A DNA stretch of 64,000 nt. Origin: Thermodesulfovibrionales bacterium (GTDB lineage Bacteria; Nitrospirota; Thermodesulfovibrionia; Thermodesulfovibrionales; SM23-35). Every line of letters begins with the position of its first letter. Within the stretch, counting starts at the first letter, position 1. Location: the NCBI GenBank assembly GCA_963715195.1, contig CAVQRT010000008.1, forward strand, positions 32,001 through 96,000, written 5' to 3'. A model generated the notes under the pieces. That model worked only from the letters and a program-made list of their open reading frames with translations, was not told where the DNA came from and did not search any database. A program made the translations under genes and the position numbers. This document shows, piece by piece, positions 37,698 to 47,811 of this stretch.

Positions 37698-39038
37698 TCA
37701 TAATCCGGCGATCATTTTCTTCAATCTTTTCACCGGATGAAAAATTGTTTCATCAAAATTGCCATTCTCCCTTGCGGCTTGAATCCCTTTGATACCTTTC
37801 AGGGCATTCACATGCGAAGGTTCGACCCCGAGCGCCATCTCGAAGTTCTCTTCCGCCCGGTTCGACAATCCCAGGGCATGATATATGTACCCTGCCTCTG
37901 TCAGATAATCTGAATTGTCTGAGTCAAGTTTGAGAGCCTTTCTGATGGCTCCCTCTGCATCGCGGAATTTACCGAGTTTCAGGAGGGTCTTCGCATAGTA
38001 ATAAAAATATCTCGCCGAAGAGTTGGAAAGGTAAAGAACATGTTGAAAAAGGATTTCAGCCTCTGAATAATTGCCGTTCCAGAATTCGATTTTGCCCTGT
38101 TCAAAATATTGGTGTGCCAATTTCTGATTTGATACCGCTTCCGGCTGCTTTCTGAGCCGTGCGGTGTCATACTTCTGTCTTTGCTGATCGTTCGTAAGGG
38201 TCTCGTACGCTTCATTCAGATATGCAATGAGAACATTCAGTTTTTCTTTCGCTTCGGCCGGTAATGACGCGTGTCTGTCAGGATGAAATTCCTTCACCTT
38301 ATGGTAATATGCCTTTTTTATCTCCTCGGCATCATCAGTGTCCGTCACGTTCAGGAACTCGTAATAGCTCAGATTATCCCCGGTATACCTTTCGTACACA
38401 TGTTCGATCATCTCAATAATCATGGGCAGAGCTTCCTCCGACAATTCTTGAGGAGCCTCTTCATGCCGGGGATCGTTCGGCAGATCGGTTATTTCATTTA
38501 ATCTGCATATGACCACGTCTTTGTTCGGTTCCTCACGAGCAGTCCCGGAAGACATGTCTGCATGCTCTACTACCCCGCATGTATCCGTTTCGACGTCAGC
38601 CATAATAGTATGAATTATTTCTTCGCCCCTTTCCGAGGTGATTTCCTTGAAATGCATGCCGGCCATATAGAGGGGCACAATATTGCCGTCGGTGTCTTCA
38701 ATGCTTTCCACAAGGAACGACCATTTTACGATAACTCTGGCTAAGAGAAGTTCATCTTTATACCCTATCTTCAGGAGGTAGGTATTTCCGAGGTTCAGCC
38801 GCCTGTCCGCCTTTACGAGTACCCCGCTGGAAGATATATTGATGATACTTACCGTGGTGGCAAGCGGAATCTCACCCTGTATGTTTATATTCTGAACGCT
38901 CAGTCTCTTGTGTTTTCTTTTCTCATGCCCGTCATCTCCGTTCATGTGGCCATTTCCATCATATTCAGAATGAGGATCTTCCCGGTTGCCTGAAATATCA
39001 TCTGTCACGTCTCTCTTCATCGTTTTTCCTCCATACAA
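37698..39038 (-). CDS. PilZ - DnaJ - TPR protein
   Basis: RKHKR and NISSSG (PilZ); YYEFL...IKKAY...KEFHPD...NEAYETL (J-domain); TPRs. Confidence 0.85.
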   Translation of the reverse strand: MYGGKTMKRDVTDDISGNREDPHSEYDGNGHMNGDDGHEKRKHKRLSVQNINIQGEIPLATTVSIINISSSGVLVKADRRLNLGNTYLLKIGYKDELLLARVIVKWSFLVESIEDTDGNIVPLYMAGMHFKEITSERGEEIIHTIMADVETDTCGVVEHADMSSGTAREEPNKDVVICRLNEITDLPNDPRHEEAPQELSEEALPMIIEMIEHVYERYTGDNLSYYEFLNVTDTDDAEEIKKAYYHKVKEFHPDRHASLPAEAKEKLNVLIAYLNEAYETLTNDQQRQKYDTARLRKQPEAVSNQKLAHQYFEQGKIEFWNGNYSEAEILFQHVLYLSNSSARYFYYYAKTLLKLGKFRDAEGAIRKALKLDSDNSDYLTEAGYIYHALGLSNRAEENFEMALGVEPSHVNALKGIKGIQAARENGNFDETIFHPVKRLKKMIAGL

Positions 39039-39169
39039 TCATGTGGTAGCATTGCGCATCATCGATTTATAATAGCTGTCTTCGTACTTGTATCCTCATT
39101 AGCATGACCGGGGATCATCCCCTGTCAGTACTGCTCATATTATCTGTTGCAGGGATTCATGAATCAATA

Positions 39170-39631
39170 CTACCTGGGTAGGATGTGCGCGGAAGCAATA
39201 CCGTCCTCAGGTGTTTGAGCGGAATCCGTCTGCACCAGGGCATTCTGTATGAGTTCTGTACGCGAAACTTCCTTGCCATCCTCCACTTGCGTGGAGAATA
39301 GTATGCCGTTTTCGCTGTTTGCGTGCATCCCGACAAAGTATCCCAGCACCGCGCTGAGCGAAACAATAAGAAAGAGAACGGACAATATCAGTCCTTTGCC
39401 GATAAGGAGAACGTGTCTGTTATTCAGGGCAGGGGGATACTTTGATTCCCGGGCATTGCTATGCCGCTTTTTCTTTGCTGCTTGTATTTTAGCGTTCAGC
39501 GATGTCCTCTGCTGGTCGTCCTTTACATATCCGTGATTCGGACAGAATACCCATCTGATTTCTTTAAATTTGTTTTCCTTTTTCCAAATTTCTTTTTCTA
39601 TCTGTTTGTAGCAGATTGGACAAAATGTCAT
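39170..39631 (-). CDS. Hypothetical Zn-finger membrane protein
   Basis: N-terminal CPIC...CPNH and one TM helix; GGATAAAGGAAG upstream. Confidence 0.55.
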   Translation of the reverse strand: MTFCPICYKQIEKEIWKKENKFKEIRWVFCPNHGYVKDDQQRTSLNAKIQAAKKKRHSNARESKYPPALNNRHVLLIGKGLILSVLFLIVSLSAVLGYFVGMHANSENGILFSTQVEDGKEVSRTELIQNALVQTDSAQTPEDGIASAHILPR

Positions 39632-40055
39632 TGCAATATGCTTCCTTTATCCTGCAGCAATTCCTTTTTCAGGCATTCTCTTATTGCCGCTGCCTGAGCT
39701 TTATCCGTACTATCATTCTGAAATATATACAAAAAATGTGCCTGTTTCCCGCCTCAAAACTCCTTGTTTTTGCGTTTGCCGGAGGACCTTGAATGTTATT
39801 TCTTGTGAAAAAGAGCAAAAGTTGTCATGAATGATGCCAATAAATGGGTAATCCATGCTTGTCATTTACTTTATCTATGTCTGCCTACTTATATGGGAAT
39901 GATCTGTCGGAAGATGGGTTTTGAATAGAAAAAAGAGGCTGAAGATGGTAAGATTTACGGGAAAATCGAAAATATTCGAGGAATGCTGAGGTAATTACAT
40001 TATAAGACGGTTAATCAGTTATCTCAGAGGCAGGCGACACGACAAGGATACCCCT

Positions 40056-40829
40056 TTAGACGATAAAGTTCTGGTCTTTCCTCACAGGGCATACAGGAGA
40101 ATCTCGGTCTCCGGAACGGATGCCTTCCTGAATTTCTGCATAGTGATCATCCCCCTTGAGGCGGCTCTGTTTTACTTCTATCCAGAAATTACCCATATCA
40201 TGAACAGAGCAGCAAAGGCTGCCCTTGCATCATATGTCCCCGCAGAGGAAATGATGATCTTCAGCAGATCCTTTCTGCACAGCACTATATATCTGCTCGA
40301 CCTCCCCGGAAAATATCCTTCCCCGCTGTTTTCATTCCTGTTTTTCTGTGCCGCGGTGCTGAGCATATATCTGGTAACGAAGATCAAACTGTACCGGCCG
40401 CTGGCGTTATGGCTTATCTTTGTGTCGGCCATCAATATGCTTTCATCAATCGTGTTCATGCTTTTGCCGCATACGTTCCCATACACCATGCTGAAATTTT
40501 CAGAGCTGTATATCACCACTGAAGTCGGCATGTGGCTGTTCGTTCCCGTCGTCATGGGGATGGCCCTGCTGCCGGTGCCTGCCGGTGTTGTCTCTAAAGG
40601 GTCCATCATTGTTCTGAGCGTGCTCTATTCGATGATATTTGGTATGGTGCGGTATGTCGTTTTTCTTTTCATCATTGCACAATTATCGTATATCTTCATG
40701 CCCGTTCTCTATTTTTCCTTCGGCCCCCTGGTGGATTTTGTGTATATCGTAGGCATCTATTCTCTCTACGTCAGCAAGGTCTCAGAGCGTATCACACAGA
40801 ATTACAGGATATGGAAATGGGTGTTCTGA
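40056..40829 (+). CDS. Integral membrane protein, first gene of glycan operon (start uncertain)
   Basis: Several TM helices. The frame stays open upstream of GTG 40143 (..LDDKVLVFPHRAYRRIS..), and its end overlaps the GT2 gene. Confidence 0.7.
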   Translation, partial: LDDKVLVFPHRAYRRISVSGTDAFLNFCIVIIPLEAALFYFYPEITHIMNRAAKAALASYVPAEEMMIFSRSFLHSTIYLLDLPGKYPSPLFSFLFFCAAVLSIYLVTKIKLYRPLALWLIFVSAINMLSSIVFMLLPHTFPYTMLKFSELYITTEVGMWLFVPVVMGMALLPVPAGVVSKGSIIVLSVLYSMIFGMVRYVVFLFIIAQLSYIFMPVLYFSFGPLVDFVYIVGIYSLYVSKVSERITQNYRIWKWVF

Positions 40830-42079
40830 TACTAAAAGCCTATCTGCTTTTTGTCATGTTTGTCATGTTGCTGTATACACTCAGGCATTTTCTGTTTACT
40901 CTCAACCGGGCATTCGGAGAGCAGCGGATATCCTGCCACGATATTGTCGATTCAGACCTCCCGGCCATCTCGGTTCTCATTCCGATGCATAACGAGGAAA
41001 GGACAGTTGCCCACATTCTGAATCGCCTGATTTCTGTAGATTATCCACTCGACAGAATAGAGATCATTCCCATCAATGATCACTCTGCCGATAAAACGGG
41101 CGAGGTCCTCGATCACTATGCGGCAAAATATCCGCAGATAAAACCTCTCCACCGGAGTTCCGGAGAACGGGGCAAGCCGGTTGGACTGAATGATGCACTC
41201 AGCATCGCACAGGGAGAAATTATCATCATCTTCGACGCCGATTATCTGCCCCCCCGGGGAATTCTCAGGGATATGGCGGTCTGTTTCAAAGATCCCGAGG
41301 TCGGAGCTTTAATGGGAAGAGTCATCCCTGACAACAGTTTTAAGAACCTCCTTACCAGACTCCTCGATCTTGAGCGTTCAGGCGGGTATCAGGTTGACCA
41401 GCAGGCGCGTTTCAACCTCAAACTTATTCCGCAGTATGGAGGCACGGTGGCCGGATTCCGGAAGCAGCCGGTTATGGCTTTGGGAGGGTTCAACCCAACC
41501 ATTCTTGCCGAAGACACGGAGCTTACGTTTAAGCTCTTTATCAACGGATGGAAAGTTGCGTATGCAAACAGGATCGAGTGTTATGAGGAGGCCCCGGAGA
41601 GGTGGGATGTGAGGGCTCGCCAGATCAGGAGGTGGGCACGCGGACATACACAGGTCATGTTCAGATATCTGTTCCCTCTCGTGCAATCACCGCACCTTTC
41701 GCTCACGGAAAAGATCGACGGCCTCTTCCTTCTTTTCGTCTACACGACGTCACCGGTTCTTCTCCTCGGCATCTGTGATTCATTCGTCCTCTTCTTCCTC
41801 GGTGAAATGCAGATTCTTGCAAGTGCGCTCGTCTTTCTGTTCCTGACTTCCCTGAACACCTTTGGAAACTTCGCGCCGTTCTATCAGGTCGGCATGGCAT
41901 CGGTTATTGACGGGGCCACGAACAGGCTCCGCCTCCTGCCGTTTCTCCTGTTCAATTTTTTCATCAACATGTGGTACGTATCGTTTGGATTTGCCGAGGC
42001 TGTTATAGACCTTATTACCCGGAGGAAATCGGTATGGGATAAAACGGAGCGGTTCCGGAGCTCGGGGAGGGACATCTGA
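40811..42079 (+). CDS. Processive GT2 glycosyltransferase (CESA/PgaC-like synthase)
   Basis: IPMHNEE, INDHS.D, GKPVGLN, IFDAD, AEDTE, QIRRW; N- and C-terminal TMs. Confidence 0.9.
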   Translation: MEMGVLILKAYLLFVMFVMLLYTLRHFLFTLNRAFGEQRISCHDIVDSDLPAISVLIPMHNEERTVAHILNRLISVDYPLDRIEIIPINDHSADKTGEVLDHYAAKYPQIKPLHRSSGERGKPVGLNDALSIAQGEIIIIFDADYLPPRGILRDMAVCFKDPEVGALMGRVIPDNSFKNLLTRLLDLERSGGYQVDQQARFNLKLIPQYGGTVAGFRKQPVMALGGFNPTILAEDTELTFKLFINGWKVAYANRIECYEEAPERWDVRARQIRRWARGHTQVMFRYLFPLVQSPHLSLTEKIDGLFLLFVYTTSPVLLLGICDSFVLFFLGEMQILASALVFLFLTSLNTFGNFAPFYQVGMASVIDGATNRLRLLPFLLFNFFINMWYVSFGFAEAVIDLITRRKSVWDKTERFRSSGRDI

Positions 42080-43095
42080 TGCTCGTATTAGCTGCCGGTG
42101 TTCTCTGGGTCATCTTGCTGCTTATCCCTTTTCTCCCGGGTATTCTTGAGTTGCGCAGACCCCGTGATGCAGCACCGCTCTTCATCGATATGGAGTACAC
42201 AAAGGATCCCGGATACTTCGGGAAATCATTCAGGAGCGTTATAAAAAAATATCTGCGCTCTGATTTACTCCAGTCCGGAACTCATGAGCAGTGCGCTGTC
42301 GCGAAAAGAAAAGATTCTCGTTTCACCATCACGGACGGTGCCTGCTGGCAGAAATGTCAATCATATCCTTTGCATTGCCGGAGACCTGATTTCAGAAGAG
42401 AAGGCGTATTTCCGGAAAGAGATTTATGCAACAGGGCATGCAGTTCTCGGCCCGGAAAATGTTGTGCAGGCTCTGGCTGCTGATGGAACGGTCACACTCG
42501 GAATGCATACATCGGTGCTGAGGTGGGCTGATGCCGGACAGGCCGCTGATATACGCGCAGGGTGTAATCTCGGGGTCGGCTTATCCTGTGGAGGTGAAAT
42601 CAGGATCGCCCGTGGCTGCAGCTTTCAGCGCCTTTACGGATTTCCGATCATAACCGGTTCCGCGGACAGCGGCAGTGAAAGGGAACATCATGACCTTGAC
42701 GAGTATCGCCAAGGAAAGGCGGAGTTTGGTTCAAGACGTCTCCGTCAGTTCCCGGGGGCACAAAAATAGAAAAGGACCTCATTGTGAAGAATAATCTCAG
42801 GATTGCGAAAAATTGTATCATAGCAGGGAATATCAAAACATACAGGGGATTGGTGATTGAGGAGGGTGTTACGGTCAAAGGGAATATTTTTTCTGAAGAC
42901 GACATAACCATAGGGGAGCATGCGGTAATTGACGGCAATGTCTTCTGCCAGGGAAGAGTAATTATCCGGGGCGACGCACAGATAGGGCAGAGCGGGAAAT
43001 TGAAATCGGTCATCGGAAAGAGCAGCGTTATTCTCGGCCGGAATGTCCGGGTGTACGGGTACATCCTGACGGAAGGTTCAGGGATCGTACGATGA
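42079..43095 (+). pseudogene. Membrane-anchored beta-helix (bactofilin/polymer-forming-like) protein, split by two frameshifts
   Basis: Three consecutive ORF pieces in different frames (shifts at ~42290 and ~42742) rejoin to ~338 aa; repeats such as IIAGNIK..GL.I...V.V.GNIFS...I.IG..A.I.GN. Confidence 0.7.
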
Positions 43096-44946
43096 AAAAA
43101 ATCTTCATTGCCGTTACGGCTTCTGCAATCATCGCTTTTACCGTCTACAGTCTTGTTGTTATTTACCGGACATTCATGATATCACGGGAACAGAAAATCG
43201 CTGTCCTTATCGCATACAATCCGTCACTCAGCAATAAATATCCGCATATTCTGAAAGCATATAAGAGCGTTCTCGAAGAAGAAGGAGTTCCATACGAGGA
43301 AGTGAGTGCATATATACTGCCTTCCCTTCAGACTGATCAGATAATCAGGACCAAGCCGGTAATCATTTTCCCCGATTCGATTGCCCAGACTCTGCCTGAA
43401 AATCTCAGGGTATGGGTTCAGGAGTATCTGAAGAAGGGGGGATACGTTGCGGTCGTTTATGACGCCGGGATCCGGGCAGCGAAAGGATACTACCTGCACG
43501 AAGCAATATTTTCCCGTATTACCGGTGTTAACTACATAACGTATGACAAATTTTCTGACGAAACCTATACGCTGGGATATATAAAAGTGGGCGGAAAGGA
43601 GAGCCTCGACTTTTTTCAGGTGCCTTCGGGAAAGATAGACGAAGGTCTCCTGCTCGGCGGCTATGCGTATGGCAAGCTTGAGTATCCGGTCACAAGGAAT
43701 GAACTTCTCGACGCTATCCCTAAGGATGAGATATATGCCTCTGCGATAACGCAGAGCGGTGAACAGTTCCCTGCTCTCGTCATGCGAGACGTTGGCCTGG
43801 GCAAGGTGCTGTATGTCAATCTTCCCCTTGGACATCTGAAAGCTCATTCAGACGACCTCCCTTTGCGGTCAATCATCAGAACATTTCTGTTTAAAGTAGT
43901 GAAAATACCGCATCTGCTGAACACCTATGATGGCAAGGGCGGACTCGTCATCAACTGGCATATCGACGCAAGTCTGGACTGGAAGAGCATCCTGATGATG
44001 CTCGAAAAACAGTATCTCAGAGAGAGCTTGCAGTACTCCATGCATATTACCGCAGGGAACTTCCGGGATGAACCCGGAGACGGGCTGGGATTTGACGCAT
44101 GCGGGGGTGGCAAACCTTATGTCCAAGATGATCCTGCCATACGGTTCGATCGGGTCCCATGGCGGATGGGCGCATAACTGGTTTGCGAATAATATTGCGG
44201 AAAAAAAATTCGGGGAACGGGAAATCTATGAACAGATCAGGAGGAACAATGAGTGCCTTGCGAGTGTAACCGGATACGATGTAAAAGAGTACGCAGCACC
44301 GAATGGAATTCATCCCCAGCCGGTCACGACCAGAGTTCTCGAAAACCTGAATATCGGTGCTTATTACTATACCGGTGATACAGGATCTGCACCAAACCGG
44401 ACATTCATCGACGGAAAGATGATCTCTGATACCGTGATTGCCTTCCCGATCATGCCTTTTGGAAAATCGGCTTCCCTCAGTGAGATGAAACGTTCCCAAA
44501 AGACCGAGGAAGACGTAATAAAATGGCTTTTTCAGACCGTTGATTTTGTCGTGAAGAACCGGACGGTACGACTCGTTTATTCTCACCCGTATGATATTTA
44601 CCAGTATCCTGCAGGACTCAAATTATTCCTGGACTATGCCGAGGAACTGCAGAATGAAGGCAGACTCGCGGTTCAGCCGATGAGTTTTTTTGCAGAATTT
44701 CTTTTCCGGTTTTTAAAGACAGACGCTTCCTTTGAGGTTCAAAAAAACAGGATGGTCATACACCTGAAAAATCCGGAAGGTCTGGATGGGATTACTATTG
44801 CTGTCCCCAAACACATATGTAAAACACCGACTGCAGATCTTATTGCCCAGGATGATGAGGATTACTACTACCTTACGGTTGCAGGAAATGATTCAGAAAA
44901 AGTATTGTCCTGTGATATCATTAACGCGTATTCATTCGGGAGATGA
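43092..44946 (+). pseudogene. Periplasmic polysaccharide deacetylase (CE4, PelA-like), one frameshift at ~44121
   Basis: N-terminal TM; WHID, GSHGGWAH, YAAPNG.HP, LVYSHP. An extra C in TATGTCCAAG joins the two ORFs. Confidence 0.75.
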
Positions 44947-46160
44947 GCATGAAAATATTTATCGTATTCGGGACAAGACCGGAAGCTATAAAGCTCGCGC
45001 CCCTCATTCATGAACTCAAGAAAAGCTTTGATGTCCGGGTCGTTTCATCAGGTCAGCATCTTGAACTGACAGAGCAAGTGATTGATTTTTTCAGTTTGCG
45101 ACCCAACTACATGTTCGGGTGCATGACGAAGAAACCCGATCTCGAGAAACTCTACATGTGTATCGCCATGAATATACGGGGGTTGATCGATCACGAAGAC
45201 CCTGACCTGATCATCGTCCAGGGGGATACCCTGACCTCATTTGCTACGGCTTTTGTCGGATTTCTGCTCAAGAAACCGGTCTTTCACCTTGAAGCAGGCT
45301 TGAGGACGCTGAAAAAGTTCCTGCCGTATCCTGAAGAGATGCTGAGATTGCTCCTGAGCAGGATTGCTGATGTCCATTTCACTCCTACCAAACAAGCTGC
45401 CAGGAATCTCATTGCTGAAGGAATCAGACAGGACAGGATACTCGTTACGGGCAATACTGTTGTAGATGCCTTATTCCTTGCGGAGACTCTTATTGATGAA
45501 AAACGGGTGTTCAACGATCTGTCACTCAACGGTGCCGATGGCGGGATACTCATGGGCAGTAAAAAACTCGTGCTTATCACCTCTCACCGGAGGGAGAACA
45601 TTGGAGAGCCTTTAAAAAACATCTGCAAAGCAGTCAAGGAACTCGCACGAAAATATAAAGATACTATTTTCCTTTGGTCTCTGCACAAGAATATCAAAGT
45701 CCGGAATATTGTCTTCGAAGTTATGAAGACCAGACCGAAAAACCTCATCGTTACTGAAGCATTTACCTATGAAACCATGGTGTTTCTGATAAAAAGATCG
45801 CATGTCTTGATGACAGATTCAGGAGGGGTACAGGAAGAAGCTCCTGCATTCGGCAAACCGGTAATAATTTTAAGAGATACAACTGAACGGCCTGAAGTCA
45901 TTCAGGCAGGGTTTGGATTCCTTGCGGGCTGCAGCGAGGAAAAAATCATACAGATCTTTACACGGATTTACAACGATACTGCTATTCATAAACGCCTTTC
46001 AAGGAAGCCGAATCCGTTCGGAGACGGAAAGGCATCCGAGAGAATACATCAATTTCTTCAGCTTGGGAGAGTCCGGTCCTTTATAAAGAATTATCCCTCA
46101 TCGGCTGAAGATACCTTGTGGGAGAAAGGAAAACCTGCTCTGAAGGAGGAAAAAAAGTGA
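44943..46160 (+). CDS. wecB: UDP-N-acetylglucosamine 2-epimerase (non-hydrolysing)
   Basis: FGTRPEAIKLAP, SGQH, VQGDT, HLEAGLRT, TGNTVVDA, HRREN, TDSGGVQEEAP, TERPE, NPFGDG. Confidence 0.95.
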   Translation: MSMKIFIVFGTRPEAIKLAPLIHELKKSFDVRVVSSGQHLELTEQVIDFFSLRPNYMFGCMTKKPDLEKLYMCIAMNIRGLIDHEDPDLIIVQGDTLTSFATAFVGFLLKKPVFHLEAGLRTLKKFLPYPEEMLRLLLSRIADVHFTPTKQAARNLIAEGIRQDRILVTGNTVVDALFLAETLIDEKRVFNDLSLNGADGGILMGSKKLVLITSHRRENIGEPLKNICKAVKELARKYKDTIFLWSLHKNIKVRNIVFEVMKTRPKNLIVTEAFTYETMVFLIKRSHVLMTDSGGVQEEAPAFGKPVIILRDTTERPEVIQAGFGFLAGCSEEKIIQIFTRIYNDTAIHKRLSRKPNPFGDGKASERIHQFLQLGRVRSFIKNYPSSAEDTLWEKGKPALKEEKK

Positions 46161-46960
46161 AAACAGTGTTTGCGCTATTTCTGTCCCTCTGCATTTCCAT
46201 GGCGGTCTTTACGGGGGTTTCTGCAGCGCAGGATGGAGAACAAAAAACGCGTCGTCTTGAGGCCTCCTATTTATATGAGCATCTCACTCCCCATGATATC
46301 TACGGATCATGGCATTCGCTTAATCTGGCATACTACGATCAGTTGAGACGGGATCTTACATACTTCATCAGGCTCGGTGCCTTTTCCAGGGATGAGGGCG
46401 ATGCGGTGCTGGGCAATGCGGGTGCCTACAAGGATTGGAGTCCCAGCATGTATACCTTTTCATCCATCTCTGTGGGTTCAAACTCTGAATACTTACCCCA
46501 GATCAGAATAGACCATGACTTTAATTTCAAGTTTGGGCCTTCAAAAAGTATCGTATGGCTTCTCGGGGCTTCCTACATTGATTATTATGATGTACATGAA
46601 GACTTCATCCTCTCAACCGGAATTGTCTGGTACGCAGATGAATGGATACTGAATTATCGGCTCTTCAGGAATAACAGCAGTCCCGGGAGTGTTGTTTCCT
46701 ATTCGCATCTCATAAGCACCGGGTACGGAAGAGAGAAATGGCAATGGACTTATTTGAATCTCTCCTTTGGGAAGCAGGCCTATTATGCCACACAACTGAC
46801 GAATCCTGAGGAGGTGGCGCAGAGTTCCCTGTTCGCCGGCCTGGTACACCGGCGGTGGCTCGGAAAGGATTACGGTGTTTTTTTCGATATCAGCTTTTTC
46901 AAGTTGAATAACGGGTATGAGAAATACAGCTTCTCACCGGGGGTATTCAAAGAATTTTAA
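46157..46960 (+). CDS. YaiO-family outer-membrane beta-barrel
   Basis: GTG 46157 after GGAGG; signal peptide; aromatic alternating strands (G.Y.DW...YT, YLP..R.D.D.N.K); C-terminal KEF. Confidence 0.75.
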   Translation: MKTVFALFLSLCISMAVFTGVSAAQDGEQKTRRLEASYLYEHLTPHDIYGSWHSLNLAYYDQLRRDLTYFIRLGAFSRDEGDAVLGNAGAYKDWSPSMYTFSSISVGSNSEYLPQIRIDHDFNFKFGPSKSIVWLLGASYIDYYDVHEDFILSTGIVWYADEWILNYRLFRNNSSPGSVVSYSHLISTGYGREKWQWTYLNLSFGKQAYYATQLTNPEEVAQSSLFAGLVHRRWLGKDYGVFFDISFFKLNNGYEKYSFSPGVFKEF

Positions 46961-47430
46961 TACTGCAGGAAGAGGCGGGGAGCGTGTTCATACACAAGAT
47001 GCAATTGATAGAGCAGGACCGACGCATAGAGCGTTATTGAACAGGCCAGAGCGATGTTGGAAAACCTGAAGCTTCTGAGAATGCAGAAAATAATGAGGGA
47101 AACGGTCATCAACGCATATTTTACCCAGAAAAACGGTACATGCCCGTAATCCAGGCAAAAAGCCATGAAGGGATTCGCTTCAACGATAATGTTTTCACTG
47201 ATCAGCAGGAGCGTCAGGTAACCGTCCATCACATTCATGATGAGGAGCGCGAAGATCGCGATAAAAAGACGCGTATCATACAGGTCGAAAAAAATATGTT
47301 TTCTCCTGTCGTGCTTTCTCCTGACGGCCCTCCGGCGGCCACCCCTGAATGTATATCTGCTCAGGAACGGGGTCGGTTTGACACGCCTGTCGGTTCCGTA
47401 TCTTTTGTCGTCTACGGTGTCATTCATCAT
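46957..47430 (-). CDS. DUF5658-family membrane protein with Arg-rich N-terminus
   Basis: DRR..PTP..SRY...G.RR..RR..D, then D..LT...EANP.M...F..VK; start set at ATG 47430. Confidence 0.75.
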   Translation of the reverse strand: MMNDTVDDKRYGTDRRVKPTPFLSRYTFRGGRRRAVRRKHDRRKHIFFDLYDTRLFIAIFALLIMNVMDGYLTLLLISENIIVEANPFMAFCLDYGHVPFFWVKYALMTVSLIIFCILRSFRFSNIALACSITLYASVLLYQLHLVYEHAPRLFLQY

Positions 47431-47536
47431 GAAATCTCTTAGAATGTCTGTCATTCCCGCTTGTCGGGAATTCTTCCGATTTCCCGCTCTGAAGAGGGGA
47501 TAACGGGGTGTGGTTACCCCTTTTTCGCACCCGGTC

Positions 47537-47696
47537 ACCCAGCGATCTAACAGATCATTCGTTCGGGGAACAAGCCTGCAATGGTGCCTTAGATGTAAGG
47601 CTGCTTAATCCTTCCTCTCTCGTTTTCTCAAGAGCGATCAGAGATTACCGTATACCGCAGTGGCGGTTCCCCGAACGGTCTGAACCAGATGGTTCT
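47537..47696 (-). ncRNA. Structured rod-like ncRNA, 6S RNA-like
   Basis: 12-bp perfect stem CGTTCGGGGAAC/GTTCCCCGAACG, a central bubble and an inner stem. G-U pairs form only on the minus strand. Own promoter TTGACA-16-TATTAT (47731-47704). Confidence 0.55.
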
Positions 47697-47703
47697 TTCC
47701 TTT

Positions 47704-47731
47704 ATAATACGAATTGTTTCCGGCCTGTCAA
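47704..47731 (-). promoter_or_regulatory. Sigma70-type promoter driving the structured RNA / DUF5658 gene
   Basis: Minus strand TTGACA-16 nt-TATTAT. Confidence 0.6.
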
Positions 47732-47811
47732 GATGCAAAGGGATTGAACAGGAATGATAAAGGTTTTATGGATCGTTAAAACTAAAGTTTGAATCGGATA
47801 GTGAGCGCATT

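Noticed and set aside
47580..47607. Plus-strand ATGGTGCCTTAGATGTAAGGCTGC reminiscent of a raiA-motif segment; minus-strand GGAAGG..AAGCAGC reminiscent of SRP RNA
   Set aside because: The other conserved parts of both RNAs are absent, and the G-U pairs and promoter favour a minus-strand rod structure.
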